Positions 26,166-40,119 are shown, counted from the whole stretch's first letter. The stretch is DNA of 63,307 nt, filler included, from Octopus bimaculoides (GCF_001194135.2; 3 parts of 3 records of this genome joined end to end with filler, not necessarily neighbours in it), one strand, 5' to 3'. The notes: a model not told the origin generated them from the sequence alone. A program made the numbers and translations.

Positions 26166-26290
26166 CCTTACAGCTGTTTCTGTTATGAGGAACAGTGACT
26201 TAGAGCTAAATGTCAGTGTAACATTCTATTGCTTCCACGGAGGCATTAAAATGGCTACGATACTACAGTACTCATCACTCTACAGGGAGC
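26166..26290 (-). ncRNA. Decayed hammerhead-like motif with long stem II insert
   Basis: Minus strand CTGTAGA-GTGATGAG...CTCATAAC-A-GAAAC-AGCT-GTA-AGG; stem II pairs 7 of 8; stem I is poor. Confidence 0.4.
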
Positions 26291-27838
26291 TACAAATCTC
26301 CAGTTTTAGTTGTCGCTTAACCTAGCGTATGTGCTAACCAAGTAGACCTATGATTAAATGCGCTCCGGCTATGATTGTTGCCTTTCGTTCGTTGACATAT
26401 TGTCGAATATTTTGTATCTTGGAATACATTTATTTTTATTTCTTATGGTTTTGTCAGAGGGGGAATAACACTGTACATGACATTTTTCTGTGCTTCAAGT
26501 ACTTGTAAAAGAAAGGAGAGATGATATCCTCGGGCCGAAGAGAGCTGGAATGAATGCTTAAATATGTTAAAAATCACCCTTGGATCAAATAGTAATTTTA
26601 GACAAGGTAATGCATTAAAGTCGTCATCCCGAAAACAAAAACGATCATCGACGGACCTCTGCAGCTACCGGCTACAAAATCATACTCATATAAGACTTCG
26701 GTCGACCCGATAAATTAATATTGGCGCAAAATCCCCAAATTTAGTTGAGTTCAGGAACTGTACCCGGAAAGTTTTGAAGATGTGTATTTTTACCGTCAGT
26801 TTTCATCGAAAGGCAAAAACAAAGGGTGAAGACATTCTCTCCCCCACTTCACCCATCGAATGAATAATCCAGACAGAAATGATGTTTGATTCAAGAATCT
26901 GGTTTCCAAAGAAAAGTTCTTGCTCAAAGAAATTACATATTCGTACAAAAAGGACGACACAGAATTAATGTTCTAATTAATGAACAATCGACAATTATGT
27001 ATAAATATAGAAAATAAAAAACTGACTTTATAAATTCTCAGGATTGCAAATTTAAATTAGTAATTAAATATAATTATTAATCAACATACACTTAATATGG
27101 TTTCACTCCTTTTCTCTTTAACAATTAAAACTAAAATAAATTAATTTTGTTTTATTTTTCCGAAATTCACTCGAAGACAATGTTCATTTATTTATTCTAT
27201 TCTTCTATGTTTTGTTTTAGTTCTGTTTTTTAATCATATTTTCGTTCTTTTGTTTCTTACTTGAGCATCTGTGTCGCGTACATGCATTTGAATGTATGTT
27301 TACATGTATATGACATTGTGCTTGTCTGTAGGTGACTCTACGTTGTCGATACGTGTGACGGTGTGGGAACTAGCTTCATAATTAAGAAAATGTAAATAGA
27401 TGATTGAATAAATAAAGCAAACAGGAAAATAATTTTATTTCAATAAATTGAAATATTAATTGAATTGATTATTTGACGGCAATCTTCAATCTATATAGTG
27501 AGCGAACCAATTAACGACTAGTTAGACACAATTAAATCTAACTAATTTCTTCGCTATGTAACAAATCATTTGTCAAGTACAAAAGTACCAGTTTTTTGTT
27601 TTGGTATTTTTTTTTAAAAATTCTTTGTCGTGTGAACGCTGGTGCTGGATGTATAATGAGGTCAAACATAAAAGATGGTTGCTTGATAAATAGAGACAAA
27701 ACTGGTTATATTAAATTCAGTAAGGGTAAATATATTTAAATATAATTTCGCCAAATCTTTTACGAGTATGTAAACATACTTAGTTTTATTCGCGAGATTT
27801 AGTGGACATTTACGTACTCCAAATTAAATAGAGTACAT

Positions 27839-28226
27839 TGTTGTTGTTGGCACTCCGTCGCTTACGACGTCGAGGGTTCCAGTTGATCCGATCAACGGAA
27901 CAGCCTGCTCGTGAAATTAACGTGCAAGTGGCTGAGCACTCCACAGACACGTGTACCCTTAACGTAGTTCTCGGGGATATTCAGCGTGACACAGTGTGAC
28001 AAAGCAGACCCTTTGAATTACAGGCACAACAGAAACAGGAAATAAGAGTGAGAGAAAGTTGTGGTGAAAGAGTACAGCAGGGTTTGCCACCATCCCCTGC
28101 CAGAGCCTCGTGGAGCTTTGGGTGTTTTCGCTCAATAAACACTCACAACGCCCGGTCTGGGAAACAAAACCGCAATTCTATGACCACGAATCCGCTGCCC
28201 TAACCACTGGGCCATTGCGCCTCCAC
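27839..28226 (-). mobile_element. tRNA-derived SINE, family 1, full length with 13-bp TSD
   Basis: Reverse complement of the 13208-13596 family; TSD AAATAGAGTACAT at 27826-27838 and 28227-28239. Confidence 0.92.
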
Positions 28227-29065
28227 AAATAGAGTACATAATCAAGATCTTGACTTCAAGTCTACATGTTTACAGGACATGGCTAAATTAGAAGGTGGTT
28301 AACAAACTTGGTGAACCACCAAATTGTTGGAGCATTAATGTAAACTTTGATTCCATATAAGGTACATGGAAAAGTAACCATAATAGAACATATTTCAATA
28401 AAAACTATTGAAACATTAAGCAGTGTCAGAGTGCTACCAAAACGTATAGTGATTGTACCTATATACAAGTATGAGCACTGAGCTAGTTTTAAAATAATTT
28501 GGATACGGACAAAGAACAGCAGAGAACAGCATAGAAATAGCCCGGTACAAAATCTATTTGGCTGTCTACTCTCTCCAAATACGCGTCCATCGCTACGACA
28601 CACACATATATCGGGCTATGCTACTCAGTGAATAATTCTAATAGACCTTCGTTTTCTTTCTTCCGTAGTTTCTGGAGCCCATTCAGTCTAATGATGTCAA
28701 AAGGATTAAAGAAAGAGACTTGAATAGAAAGTTTACAAGTTGAAAGAAATACGATACACAAGCATATTATCTTCATGAGTATATAAATAAACGTATATAT
28801 ATATATGTATGGATATATACATATGTATTAAATGCACACGCACACACACACAAACACACTCACACATATATGTATACATATATATATATATATATTATTT
28901 ATATTATTATATGCATATGTATATATGTATAAACGTATATGTGCATGCGCGCATAAAGCTATATANNNNNNNNNNNNNNNNNNNNNNNNNNNNNNNNNNN
29001 NNNNNNNNNTTAATTAATTAANNNNNNNNNNNNNNNNNNNNNNNNNNNNNNNNNNNNNNNNNNNN

Positions 29066-29124
<59 letters not shown>

Positions 29125-29142
29125 ATTTATACATATGTATGT

Positions 29143-29880
29143 AGGCGCAGGCTTGGATGTGTGATAAGAAGCTTGCTTCCCATCCACATGGTTACGGGTT
29201 CGCTCCCACTGCGTAGTACCTTGGGTAAGTGTCTTCTACTATCAGTGGATTTGGTTGACGGAAACTGAAAGAAGTCTGTCTTATATACATATGTCTGTGT
29301 GTGTGTGTGTGTGTGTCTGTCTGTCTGTATCTGTGTCTGTGTTTGTCCCCTCACTCACAGCACTAAGAAAACGATGTTTGTGTGTTTACATCCCCATAAC
29401 TTAGCAATTCGGCAGAAGAAATCAATAGGGTAAGTATTAGTCTTACAAAGACTAAGTCCAGATGTCGATTTCTTCAACTAAAAAGCGGCGCTCCAGCATG
29501 GCCTCAGTCAAATGATTGAAGGAAGTAACAGAGTAAAAGACTAAAAAATATATATATATATATTATAGTCTCAGGCCGACCAAAGCCTTGTGAGTGCATT
29601 TCGTACACAAAAACTGAAAAAAGACTGTCGTATATGTGTGTGTATTCTTGTGTGTGCGTGTGCGTGTGTCTGTGTGTCTGTGTCTGTATTTGTACCCCCA
29701 GTATTGCTTGACAACCGCCGTTGCTGTGTTTATATTCCCATAACTTAGCGGTTCGGCTAAAGACACATAGAATAAGTACTAGGCTTACAAAGCATAAATC
29801 CTGTGGTAGATTTGTTTGACCAACGGCTGTGCTCCAACATAGCCGCATTCACATGACCGAAAAATTTAAAACAATAAAAA
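29143..29880 (+). mobile_element. Two tandem SINE family 3 copies (29143-29540 and truncated 29570-29880)
   Basis: AGGCGCAGG head, GGAAACTGAAAGAAG core and CAGTCAAATGA tail motifs occur twice. Confidence 0.85.
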
Positions 29881-29952
29881 AGCTATGCCATTTTAATACC
29901 GAGTGTGGCCGGGTTTCTCTGCTAGTATATATATATATATATATATATGTAC

Positions 29953-30572
29953 ATAGCAATAAGAAAATGGAGGAGAATATGCGGTATTCATCGACTTGCA
30001 GACAGTTGATCAATTTGTTTATTTTATAACTAAAATGACAAAAACCAAAATATACAGATATTTTTTATTTTTTATTTTTTAATTTTATATATCTATTGAA
30101 TTTTGTGAATCTCTGAAGAGGCCTAGCGAATCATGCATGTACCCCCATTACATCATTTCAATCTGCTAATTCGTCCGGCGCACAGGAGCTATAGAGATAG
30201 AATGGGGCATGCCAACGCTAGGCCGAAACAACTGTAAGTTTCTGTATATTCTCCAATTGCTAAATGTCCTTTATATTTGTAACCTTAATTGTTAATATGA
30301 CATGGTATGTCATAAGCATCTGTATATCGTGGTTTTTGTCATTTAATTATAAAATAAACAAATTAATCAACGGAAGTCGATGGATATCTCATATTCTCCT
30401 CCATTTTCTTATTGCTATATAAATTTAGGGTAAAATAACCCCCTTTTACCCGCACCCACTTATCGCACTTGGTATAACACTAGTGTAACAATAATTGGGT
30501 ACCCAGCAGTATATTGGATAGATACTATCTATCCCTTAGTGGGTTGAATCCTCAACCCCTAACTCTCTTGCA
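29953..30572 (+). mobile_element. Hammerhead-tail element, copy B, with 5' inverted partial copy
   Basis: Inverted arms 29953-30059 and 30318-30418; hammerhead at 30107-30242; tail ends at CCCCTAACTCTCTTGCA before (TA)n. Confidence 0.8.
30107..30242 (+). ncRNA. Type I hammerhead ribozyme with extended stem II
   Basis: GAATCT-CTGAAGA-GGCCTAGCG...CGCTAGGCC-GAAA-C-AACT-G-TA-AGTTTC: intact CUGANGA and GAAA core, perfect 9-bp stem II, 5 of 6 bp stem I, GUA cleavage triplet. Confidence 0.8.
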
Positions 30573-30641
30573 ATATATACATACATATATACATATATAT
30601 ATACATATATATATATAGATATAGATATATATATATATATC

Positions 30642-31190
30642 CAAGAAAGTTAGGGGTTGTGAATACAGCCCACTGAGGGATAATATCTATCCAATATACT
30701 GCTGGAAGAATACCCAATTATTATTACACTAGTGCTTTTCATTGCATGGCAATTACATTACCAAGTGCAATAAATAGGTGCGAGTAAAAAGTTATTTTAC
30801 CATTAATTTATATAGCAATAAGAAAATGGAGGGGATCGATAGGTGGTATTCATCAACTTGCAGACATAGTATTCTGTCAATTTACTTGTTTATTTCTTTA
30901 TTAAAAGGACAATAATAACAATATACAAGCACATTCGATTTATTAAGTTATATCAGTAATTATAAAAATGACATATAGTGACAGAATACAATATAGTCAT
31001 TATAAAATGACATATATTCACTATATGTCATTTTTATAATTACTGATATGATTTTATATGTCACATGTGTTTGTATATTGTTATTATTGTCCTTTTAGCA
31101 AACAAATAAACAAGTAAATTCACATAATACTATGTCTCTAAGTTGATGAATACCACCTATCAATCCCCTTCCATTTTCTTATTGCTATAT
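30642..31190 (-). mobile_element. Hammerhead-tail element, copy C (tail only) with inverted partial duplication
   Basis: 30642-30985 closely resembles 10159-10505; arms 30811-30981 and 31018-31190 form an inverted pair. Confidence 0.8.
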
Positions 31191-31214
31191 ATATATATAT
31201 ATACACACACACAC

Positions 31215-31258
<44 letters not shown>

Positions 31259-32096
31259 NNNNNNNNNNNNNNNNNNNNNNNNNNNNNNNNNNNNNNNNNN
31301 NNNNNNNNNNNNNNNNNNNNNNNNNNNNNNNNNNNNNNNNNNNNNNNNNNNNNNNNNNNNNNNNNNNNNNNNNNNNNNNNNNNNNNNNNNNNNNNNNNNN
31401 NNNNNNNNNNNNNNNNNNNNNNNNNNNNNNNNNNNNNNNNNNNNNNNNNNNNNNNNNNNNNNNNNNNNNNNNNNNNNNNNNNNNNNNNNNNNNNNNNNNN
31501 NNNNNNNNNNNNNNNNNNNNNNNNNNNNNNNNNNNNNNNNNNNNNNNNNNNNNNNNNNNNNNNNNNNNNNNNNNNNNNNNNNNNNNNNNNNNNNNNNNNN
31601 NNNNNNNNNNNNNNNNNNNNNNNNNNNNNNNNNNNNNNNNNNNNNNNNNNNNNNNNNNNNNNNNNNNNNNNNNNNNNNNNNNNNNNNNNNNNNNNNNNNN
31701 NNNNNNNNNNNNNNNNNNNNNNNNNNNNNNNNNNNNNNNNNNNNNNNNNNNNNNNNNNNNNNNNNNNNNNNNNNNNNNNNNNNNNNNNNNNNNNNNNNNN
31801 NNNNNNNNNNNNNNNNNNNNNNNNNNNNNNNNNNNNNNNNNNNNNNNNNNNNNNNNNNNNNNNNNNNNNNNNNNNNNNNNNNNNNNNNNNNNNNNNNNNN
31901 NNNNNNNNNNNNNNNNNNNNNNNNNNNNNNNNNNNNNNNNNNNNNNNNNNNNNNNNNNNNNNNNNNNNNNNNNNNNNNNNNNNNNNNNNNNNNNNNNNNN
32001 NNNNNNNNNNNNNNNNNNNNNNNNNNNNNNNNNNNNNNNNNNNNNNNNNNNNNNNNNNNNNNNNNNNNNNNNNNNNNNNNNNNNNNNNNNNNNNNN

Positions 32097-32135
<39 letters not shown>

Positions 32136-32389
32136 CATATATACACGACGCGGTACTTTTAGTTTCCGTCTACAAAATCCATTCACAGGGTTTTGGTAGG
32201 CTCCAAGATATAGCAGAAAATAGTTGCCCAAGATGCCACGCAGCGGGACTGAACCCAGAACCATGTGTTTGGGAAGCAAGCTACATAACACTCCCGCGTC
32301 TATATATGTATGTGTGTGTATATATATATATGCACATTACACATATGCAGAGATAATATATGAAAAAATGTCGATTCCTGGTTTGAATT

Positions 32390-32735
32390 TATACTGTGGA
32401 CACACTACTAGAAAGTGGTCAGCGACATGGGGTTGGAATCTGTAACCCTGGAAAATCGGTCATTTTGGATATTCCTGCAGACCTTAAGATGTTACCAGAA
32501 TTATGTCCTGTAGAGAGTACTGAGAGTAAAGACTTAAACATTAGCGTCCAGGGTAGAAAGTTCATCAGTTACACATACGCCGATCACAGATATTTAAGGG
32601 CCAGTCATGAGGCCAAACACTCCTGAAAGTTTCATCCGAATCCATCCAGCAGTTTTTGAGATATCTTGTCAACGGACTAACAAACAAACAAACAAACACG
32701 ACTGAAAATAATACCTGCGTATTCGCCAAGGCAGA

Positions 32736-32740
<5 letters not shown>
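32390..32740 (+). mobile_element. Probable non-autonomous DNA element ending in a hairpin (TACCTGC...GCAGAGGTA) before (TAA)n
   Basis: Internal (CAAA)n, terminal imperfect hairpin and adjoining TAA microsatellite; family not assigned, left boundary uncertain. Confidence 0.35.
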
Positions 32741-32789
<49 letters not shown>

Positions 32790-33018
32790 TTCGCTATTCG
32801 TCTCCAGGTGCAGGCGTGGCTGTGTATTAAGAAGTCTGCTTTTCAATCACATAATTTCTTCAAAGCGATGCTCCAGAATGGCTGCAGTCTAATGACTGAA
32901 ACAAATAGAGATAGAAGATATCTTCCCTGTTCCATCACATACGTATTTGTAAATTCCCTGTCTAATATATTAATCGTATCTTTGAAGTCATACTGACGAA
33001 CAAAAATCGTTTCTATTG

Positions 33019-33052
<34 letters not shown>

Positions 33053-33861
33053 AAGTTTATTACGGTGGTGATATTCTTGGAAAGCTATAAAATTTGTACA
33101 TCCCAATATTCGCTTCTCCGTTGATGGAGATTACTATTCGTTATTATTTTTTATACATGGAATTTTTAATATATTTCTAAAAACGTTATAATTTAAACTG
33201 TTATGCACATGAGTATATAATTTTGTGCTTATGCGAATGTGTATGAGAATGTATGCTAAAACAACGTAGATGTATGTATGAATTGCATACATGCGTTTCT
33301 ATATCCACATACAATATACAGTAAATACACANNNNNNNNNNNNNNNNNNNNNNNNNNNNNNNNNNNNNNNNNNNNNNNNNNNNNNNNNNNNNNNNNNNNN
33401 NNNNNNNNNNNNNNNNNNNNNNNNNNNNNNNNNNNNNNNNNNNNNNNNNNNNNNNNNNNNNNNNNNNNNNNNNNNNNNNNNNNNNNNNNNNNNNNNNNNN
33501 NNNNNNNNNNNNNNNNNNNNNNNNNNNNNNNNNNNNNNNNNNNNNNNNNNNNNNNNNNNNNNNNNNNNNNNNNNNNNNNNNNNNNNNNNNNNNNNNNNNN
33601 NNNNNNNNNNNNNNNNNNNNNNNNNNNNNNNNNNNNNNNNNNNNNNNNNNNNNNNNNNNNNNNNNNNNNNNNNNNNNNNNNNNNNNNNNNNNNNNNNNNN
33701 NNNNNNNNNNNNNNNNNNNNNNNNNNNNNNNNNNNNNNNNNNNNNNNNNNNNNNNNNNNNNNNNNNNNNNNNNNNNNNNNNNNNNNNNNNNNNNNNNNNN
33801 NNNNNNNNNNNNNNNNNNNNNNNNNNNNNNNNNNNNNNNNNNNNNNNNNNNNNNNNNNNNN

Positions 33862-33904
<43 letters not shown>

Positions 33905-34085
33905 ACACACATATATATACACTTATATGTATATATATGCATATATATATATATATATATATGTACATATATATGCATGTACGTATATGCATGTATGTAA
34001 GTATGTATTCTCTGTGAAAAGAAACGATATTTTTATGACGCACTTTTCCATCTTGGTAGCCCTATAGCTTGTAGTTTGTCTAGTA

Positions 34086-34470
34086 TACAGAGTGGGACAA
34101 AATGGCCTGCGTGTTTTGCGTTTTGAACAAATTTAATTCGGAATATGTTGAAAAATAATTTCATTTCTACTTAAACTCACAATGCTGTAGCGGCAATATT
34201 AAATTAAATTTATTCTGTATTAAATTGTCTTTCTTTATTAACAGAATGCTGAATGCTGTGAACAGATTTAAATCAAAGCCGACAATCGACGTACCCCTGC
34301 CCAGCCTCATCTTCATTTAAACATATCTCATACCATTTCGAAATTCAATGAGAGACGCAACAAGCACGTGTGTTACATTTGACGGTTAACTACTTCCCAT
34401 CATGCCTATGTAGGCACCAATGCATTTCAATGCGGTGTTGCTCGACAGATGAGAAAAAGATACTAAGAAT
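34086..34470 (+). mobile_element. Possible Tc1/mariner-like terminal remnant
   Basis: Starts TA-CAGAGTGGGACAAAA, resembling Tc1-type TIR starts; no partner TIR found. Confidence 0.25.
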
Positions 34471-35598
34471 ATTAAGATAAATTCATTTTGCTATTTGTTG
34501 TTTGTTATTAAATTTTGATTTTCATTCCTGTGCTTATTTTCTGCACAGATATAAAAGGAAGCTATTACTAGTTTCAATACATATATACATATATACATAC
34601 TTAAATGCACAAATGCGTAGACATGAATGTATACATACAAGCCTACATAAATACACAAATATAAGTACACATATATTAACATACGTTGTGTCATAAATGA
34701 ACTCATAATTTTATGAATACAGACCCACACACACACACACACTCACACACATACACGTATAGTTCACAGATGAGATCCAGAAACACTCCGCATAGAAGAC
34801 ACTTAGTAGTGCTCAAAAGATTTTAACTCTCTCTCTCTCTTTTTCTCTCTCTCTCTCTCTGTGCTTGTATCTTTAGCTAAAAGAATGGTTGATAGTGACA
34901 TCAAAGTTATTATCAACTCTGTTTTGTAGCAGACAAATGAATATGTACTCAAAATGTACTCGAGAAAAAGAACTATATAATCCTTCAATTTAATGTAATT
35001 TTCTTTTTTTTTTCCTTTTAACTATAAATCGGCATAAAGCAAGCGCTGAATATGCATTGAAGTAAGACGGCGAGATGGCAGAATCGTTAGCACACTGGGT
35101 GAAATGCTCACGATTCAAATTCCGATGACGTCGACTATGTCAGTCATATGTTTTTTTTTGTTTTTTTTTTTGGTGGGTGCAGTTCAACACTGAGATCGAT
35201 TGAATTGACTTACGTCCTCCCATGAAATATCTGGCCTTGTGCTAAATTTTAAAGCAATATATACACTATATACATATATACATAGGCGCAAGCGTGACTG
35301 TGTAGTCAGAAGCTTCCTCCCCATCCACGTGTTTCTGGGTTCAGTCCCTCTGCATGACACATTGGGCATTCGCCGTGATAGATCGCTAGCCACTAAACCT
35401 CTTTCTATTTTCTCTCCCTGTCTATTTCTGTGTTCCTTTCTGTCGAGGTTCTTTCCTCCTCAATTTTCTAGAGAGGCCACAAGCCAACAGGTTTGGGATT
35501 TGATGATATGCTGTAAAGCTAAGCGATTTATGTACGTGAAACCCAGGTTAATCCCATAAACCGGCCTTATCTAACTTTATATATATATCTATGTGTGT

Positions 35599-35654
<56 letters not shown>

Positions 35655-37982
35655 ATATGTCATTCATAATGTATGTAAAGCGTAAAGCGTCACTAGTTTC
35701 CATTTTCTGTTTCAGAGAAACTTCATTTAAGAAACCCAAATGTTTGCTCATAATAACTTCAGCTGATAGTCCGATACTGGTGTTCTGTTTCATTTGGCCA
35801 CCTGTTATGAACATCTCCGGATATTCTAGGCTAAGCTGAAGTTTTTGTCCCCATCTAGAAACCAGCAAAGAGATATTCACTGATTTAGGCGACAGCTGAC
35901 ATGCCTCAGATCCTGTTATATGTGTGTGCCTCTTCGCACAAACAGACTTTAGATACGGTGACACACAGAGAGTGAGAAGGAGAGAGGAATGTTTGTGTGT
36001 GTTTGTGTGTGCGTGTGTGTGTGTGCGTGTATGCGTGCGTGCTTTCGTTTGTGTATTCATTATACAATTTTTTTCTGTTAATTGGAAAGAGAAAACAAAA
36101 CCTACGACTTATTGTTAGGTGTCCCAAAAGAAGAATATATTTTCATAAACTTGAGAATTAATCTCAATTAATTTACTTCGTGGAAAATATACCTGTCTCT
36201 CCATGTGTATATATACGTATGAATATAAATATGTATGTGTATATGCATGCATGCATTCATGCATGTATGTATCATATATGTATGTGCGCATTTAAGCATG
36301 CAGATGCGTTTATGTGTGTATGTTTGTATATAAGTGTATGTATGTATATACGCATGTGTGTATGTATGTAAGTATATTTGTATGTATGCATGTATTGCAC
36401 TGAAAGTGAGAATCTCAGAAAAAAAACTAAGACGGTTGTTCAGCTGTAAGGAATATTCATGAAGGTTCGACTTAGACTTAGAAGTTGTGTGGGAATTTAT
36501 TTCGTGTGAATTAACCTCGTCTGTTCTGAAGTTTGCCTCACCCTGTCATAAGACCACGTGGTAAAGCTTTCTTTTTATTATCAAAGAAAACGTTCATGCG
36601 TCTTCTGAAGTCTATATACATTAACCACTAAGCTACAGCAGGCTGACTCTTCTGCTGCTGTGAAATTAATTGTGTTTGAAACCCTATAATAGCCATGTGG
36701 CGTTGTATTTCTCTTGCACCCAAAATATATCTCATACGCAGACATCTACTTGAATTGCTAATCTTACACTCCCTGAAGTGATTTTAGATTGATTTTAGAT
36801 TATGAATCAATTCTTTAGCACACAATACTAAAGCAGATTAACTACAACTATTTCTGATGTCATCTGTTTCTGTCAATCTACTTTCAATAGCAAATTTTCT
36901 ATAATTGTTTTACTTTTACGCCTCATGTTATTCTCAATACAAATGTTTTAATTAAACATGTAAATAAAATAGAAAATAATTTTTTTGAATCCAAATATAA
37001 ACATGATTTAACAAATTTATTCCAAATAAAGCTCAACCACTGCAACTACGAATATCAATTCATGTCCCTGAAAGCGTTTAAACAGATTTTATCATTTGAA
37101 ATAAAACAATGTAAAAGAGTATTTTGTAAGGAAAAATGGAAAGAAAGAAATATAATCAAATACTTGTGAAATACGTTTGAAATACTCTATATACTTTTTT
37201 GATGTTTTAAGCAATACAATTTAACAAGTGATACCCACAGCTCGGCAGTGTAAATCGCATCCTCTGTTAATAATATCCAGAAACATTTTGGACCCATGCT
37301 ACGACGTTTGAATGACTCTTACAGATGTTACTAAATATTTACAAAAGAAAAAGAGAACATGAGTTACAAGTATTTCGCAGTAGGTGGTTCTTCAGCCAAC
37401 ATCTAACAATGTCAAGAAACAATTAAGATATATTCTTTTGGTTGCACATCCTTGAAAGTGTTCCAGGGAAAAAAATATCTACTTAAAATAATATTTGATT
37501 ATGTGTTGTGCTTCTTGGCAAGTTACTTAACTTATATTTCTTAAAACTTGCGCCCAATTAAATAATCTTTATAGTAAGTAACTAAACAAAACTTAGTAAC
37601 AGCGTTTAATATATAAAGAAGTTAAGATGCAGGGACTACGATAAAGCTGAACACTATTGTGGACGTTATTGAATGTGTGTAGAAATCCCTGTGCTTTTAT
37701 GTTCTCTTGCCATTGTAATGTTCTATTATTGAATTGTACGTGAATTATGATATTTTTTATTAAGTAACCACCCAGTCAGACATCAATCGTAAGTGAAGAC
37801 CTGTAAAGCATCTCAAGTATACGATGCTTCACACGGTTCAGAAATTAAACTTATTACCTGGTGAGCATGCGGCAAAAAAGTTAAGCTCTAATACTCTACG
37901 TGTTTTCACGTGAATTATCTTTTGTTACATGTAAAATTCCTGTGATTCTTGGTCTTCCAATATTATTCCGTTCACATAAATT

Positions 37983-38210
37983 GCGGCGAGCTGGTTGAAT
38001 CTTTAGCACGCCATGCAAAGACGCTTAGCGACATTCCATCCGTATTTACGTTCTGAGTTCAAATTCCGCCAAAAGTCGACTTTGACTTTCAACCCATCTG
38101 GTTCGATCAAATAAGTACCAGTTGGGCGCTGGGGTTGATGTAATCGACTCCCCACCACCAGCACCACAAAAAAAAACTACAGGCATGTTGCGAAAATTTG
38201 AAATTAATAT
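37983..38210 (+). mobile_element. SINE family 2
   Basis: GCGGCGAGCTGGTTGAATCTTTAGCACGCC...GAGTTCAAATTCCGCC...AATAAGTACCAGTT. Confidence 0.85.
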
Positions 38211-40077
38211 TATTCCGTTCACATCCAGGATACATTACAAGAATTGAACTAATGTTTTATTGCCCGCAGAGGAACGCAAGATTAAGTTTGTATCAACGTG
38301 AACTGAACTCAGTAGGTAAAGCTATATAATATATACTGCAAGGCATTTTCTCCGATGCTCTAAGGATTCCGCTAATCCTATATATTTACTGTATACATAT
38401 TTTAGCGCGTTATTGCAGTAATAGCCATTTTGTGTAATTACAAACTACTAAGTTGTTATCGTAGTATCGTAAATTGTTATATGTTTTATGTTAATTCTTT
38501 GAATTTGTTCTTATTCTGCTAATGTACTTGCGATTTGAATGAAGACAGAAAATGTTTTTATGTTACTTAAATGAATTGAAAATAATAAAATAAGATCTAG
38601 GAAAACAAGACATTTCTAAATTTGATGTTTACATATTCTAATAGACATTGAATTGGACAACTTGGTAAAAAAATATGTCGCTGCAATAGCACACAAATAC
38701 TCAATTAAACCAATTGTAGATAAATGATCACGTAATAATGCTCAGTTTCGTATGTACTATTTGTTTAACGTTGTTTGCCAGCATTATTCTTGTTCATGCC
38801 CCATACCGTGATTATTGCAATTTTAGGATCCTAGTTCTTTGATAGTTTCTCCACATTAGGAGGATAAGCAAATATAATTTGACTTAGCGACCACTCATCA
38901 GCAAGAGAGGATATCATTAGTATCTGCATATTCTGCATTTGATGGTAACATTGTTATGAAATTGCTGTTTTATGCATCTCATCTTTTGGTGTATCTGTGG
39001 GCGTACTGTGTTTGTGATTAAGAATAGACTATACACACCTGAAAATAAATCGTTACAGCTTTTACTCAAGTATGATTGACCACACTCTGGCTACATACTC
39101 TCTGTAAAATATTATTGGTGATGATATGTCTTCACCGACAATTTTTTCTTTTTTATATACTTTGAAATTTGGTTTTGATGTTGGCTTGGATATATCTTTG
39201 TCTCTGCTCATATTCTCATTTCCTCCTTCTTAAATCTTTTCCTTCAGTGTGAGTAGTTCGTTGTTTCTTTATATAAAGACAATACATGTTTTCTTCTTTC
39301 ATGATCTTTTTGTGTACGACTTCTGATTCTGGTGTTGAAATGACAGAGTATGACACATCTCTCAGACTGCATAGCTGTTCAGAATGCTTTTAATTGAAGG
39401 GACTAATTTAATGGCTCAAAAATGTCAGGTGATGATTTTTGAGTGATGCCTTAATCTGTTGCACAAAAGAAGACACAGTCCATCCGGCATGTTTCCATAG
39501 ATTTTCGCCCACCAAATTTCAGTCACGAGGGCTGAGTAGAATCGAACCTCTGATAGATGTAGTAGATGCTGCGCTGCAGGATCGAACATAGAACCTTGTT
39601 AATTTCATTTGACTAGTCACAAGACTGAATTAGTTGGGGGTGGTATATAGTCGACTAAATCATCGCTGTCTGTTATTGCTGTTCTGTGCGCCACATGGAG
39701 AGAAAAAGCTTAACAAGCTCGATAATATTTAGAAAAAGAAACAAATGGTGTAAAGCATTTATCATAAAGATCTGTTCTTCGTCTTTAGTTGGAAAATAAT
39801 ATTAACCTCATGACAATGAATCTAACTAAAATAACATAATTTTCCCTTTCAGATACGGAATTTACAAAGTACACGATCTCGTACTAAATAGAAAAGAAAG
39901 GAAGAAGATATACAATATGCAACATTTATATCGTATATCTTAAGTTCAGTTTCTGATATTATATCTTCTTGTGTGAAACATATTTTGAAATATCGAAAAA
40001 CAAGAGAAAGTCTATCAGCGTATTACCACCTACCGCTTAGATAAATATGATTGATTTGCAGTATATATATATATATG

Positions 40078-40119
<42 letters not shown>

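Noticed and set aside
26455-26665. Minus-strand open frame RSVDDRFCFRDDDFNALPCLKLLFDPRV...
   Set aside because: No recognised family and weak splice signals; compatible with chance.
29010-29021. TTAATTAATTAA between two N runs (again at 47607-47618)
   Set aside because: Identical 12-mer with stops in all six frames set inside gaps: an assembly spacer, not biology.
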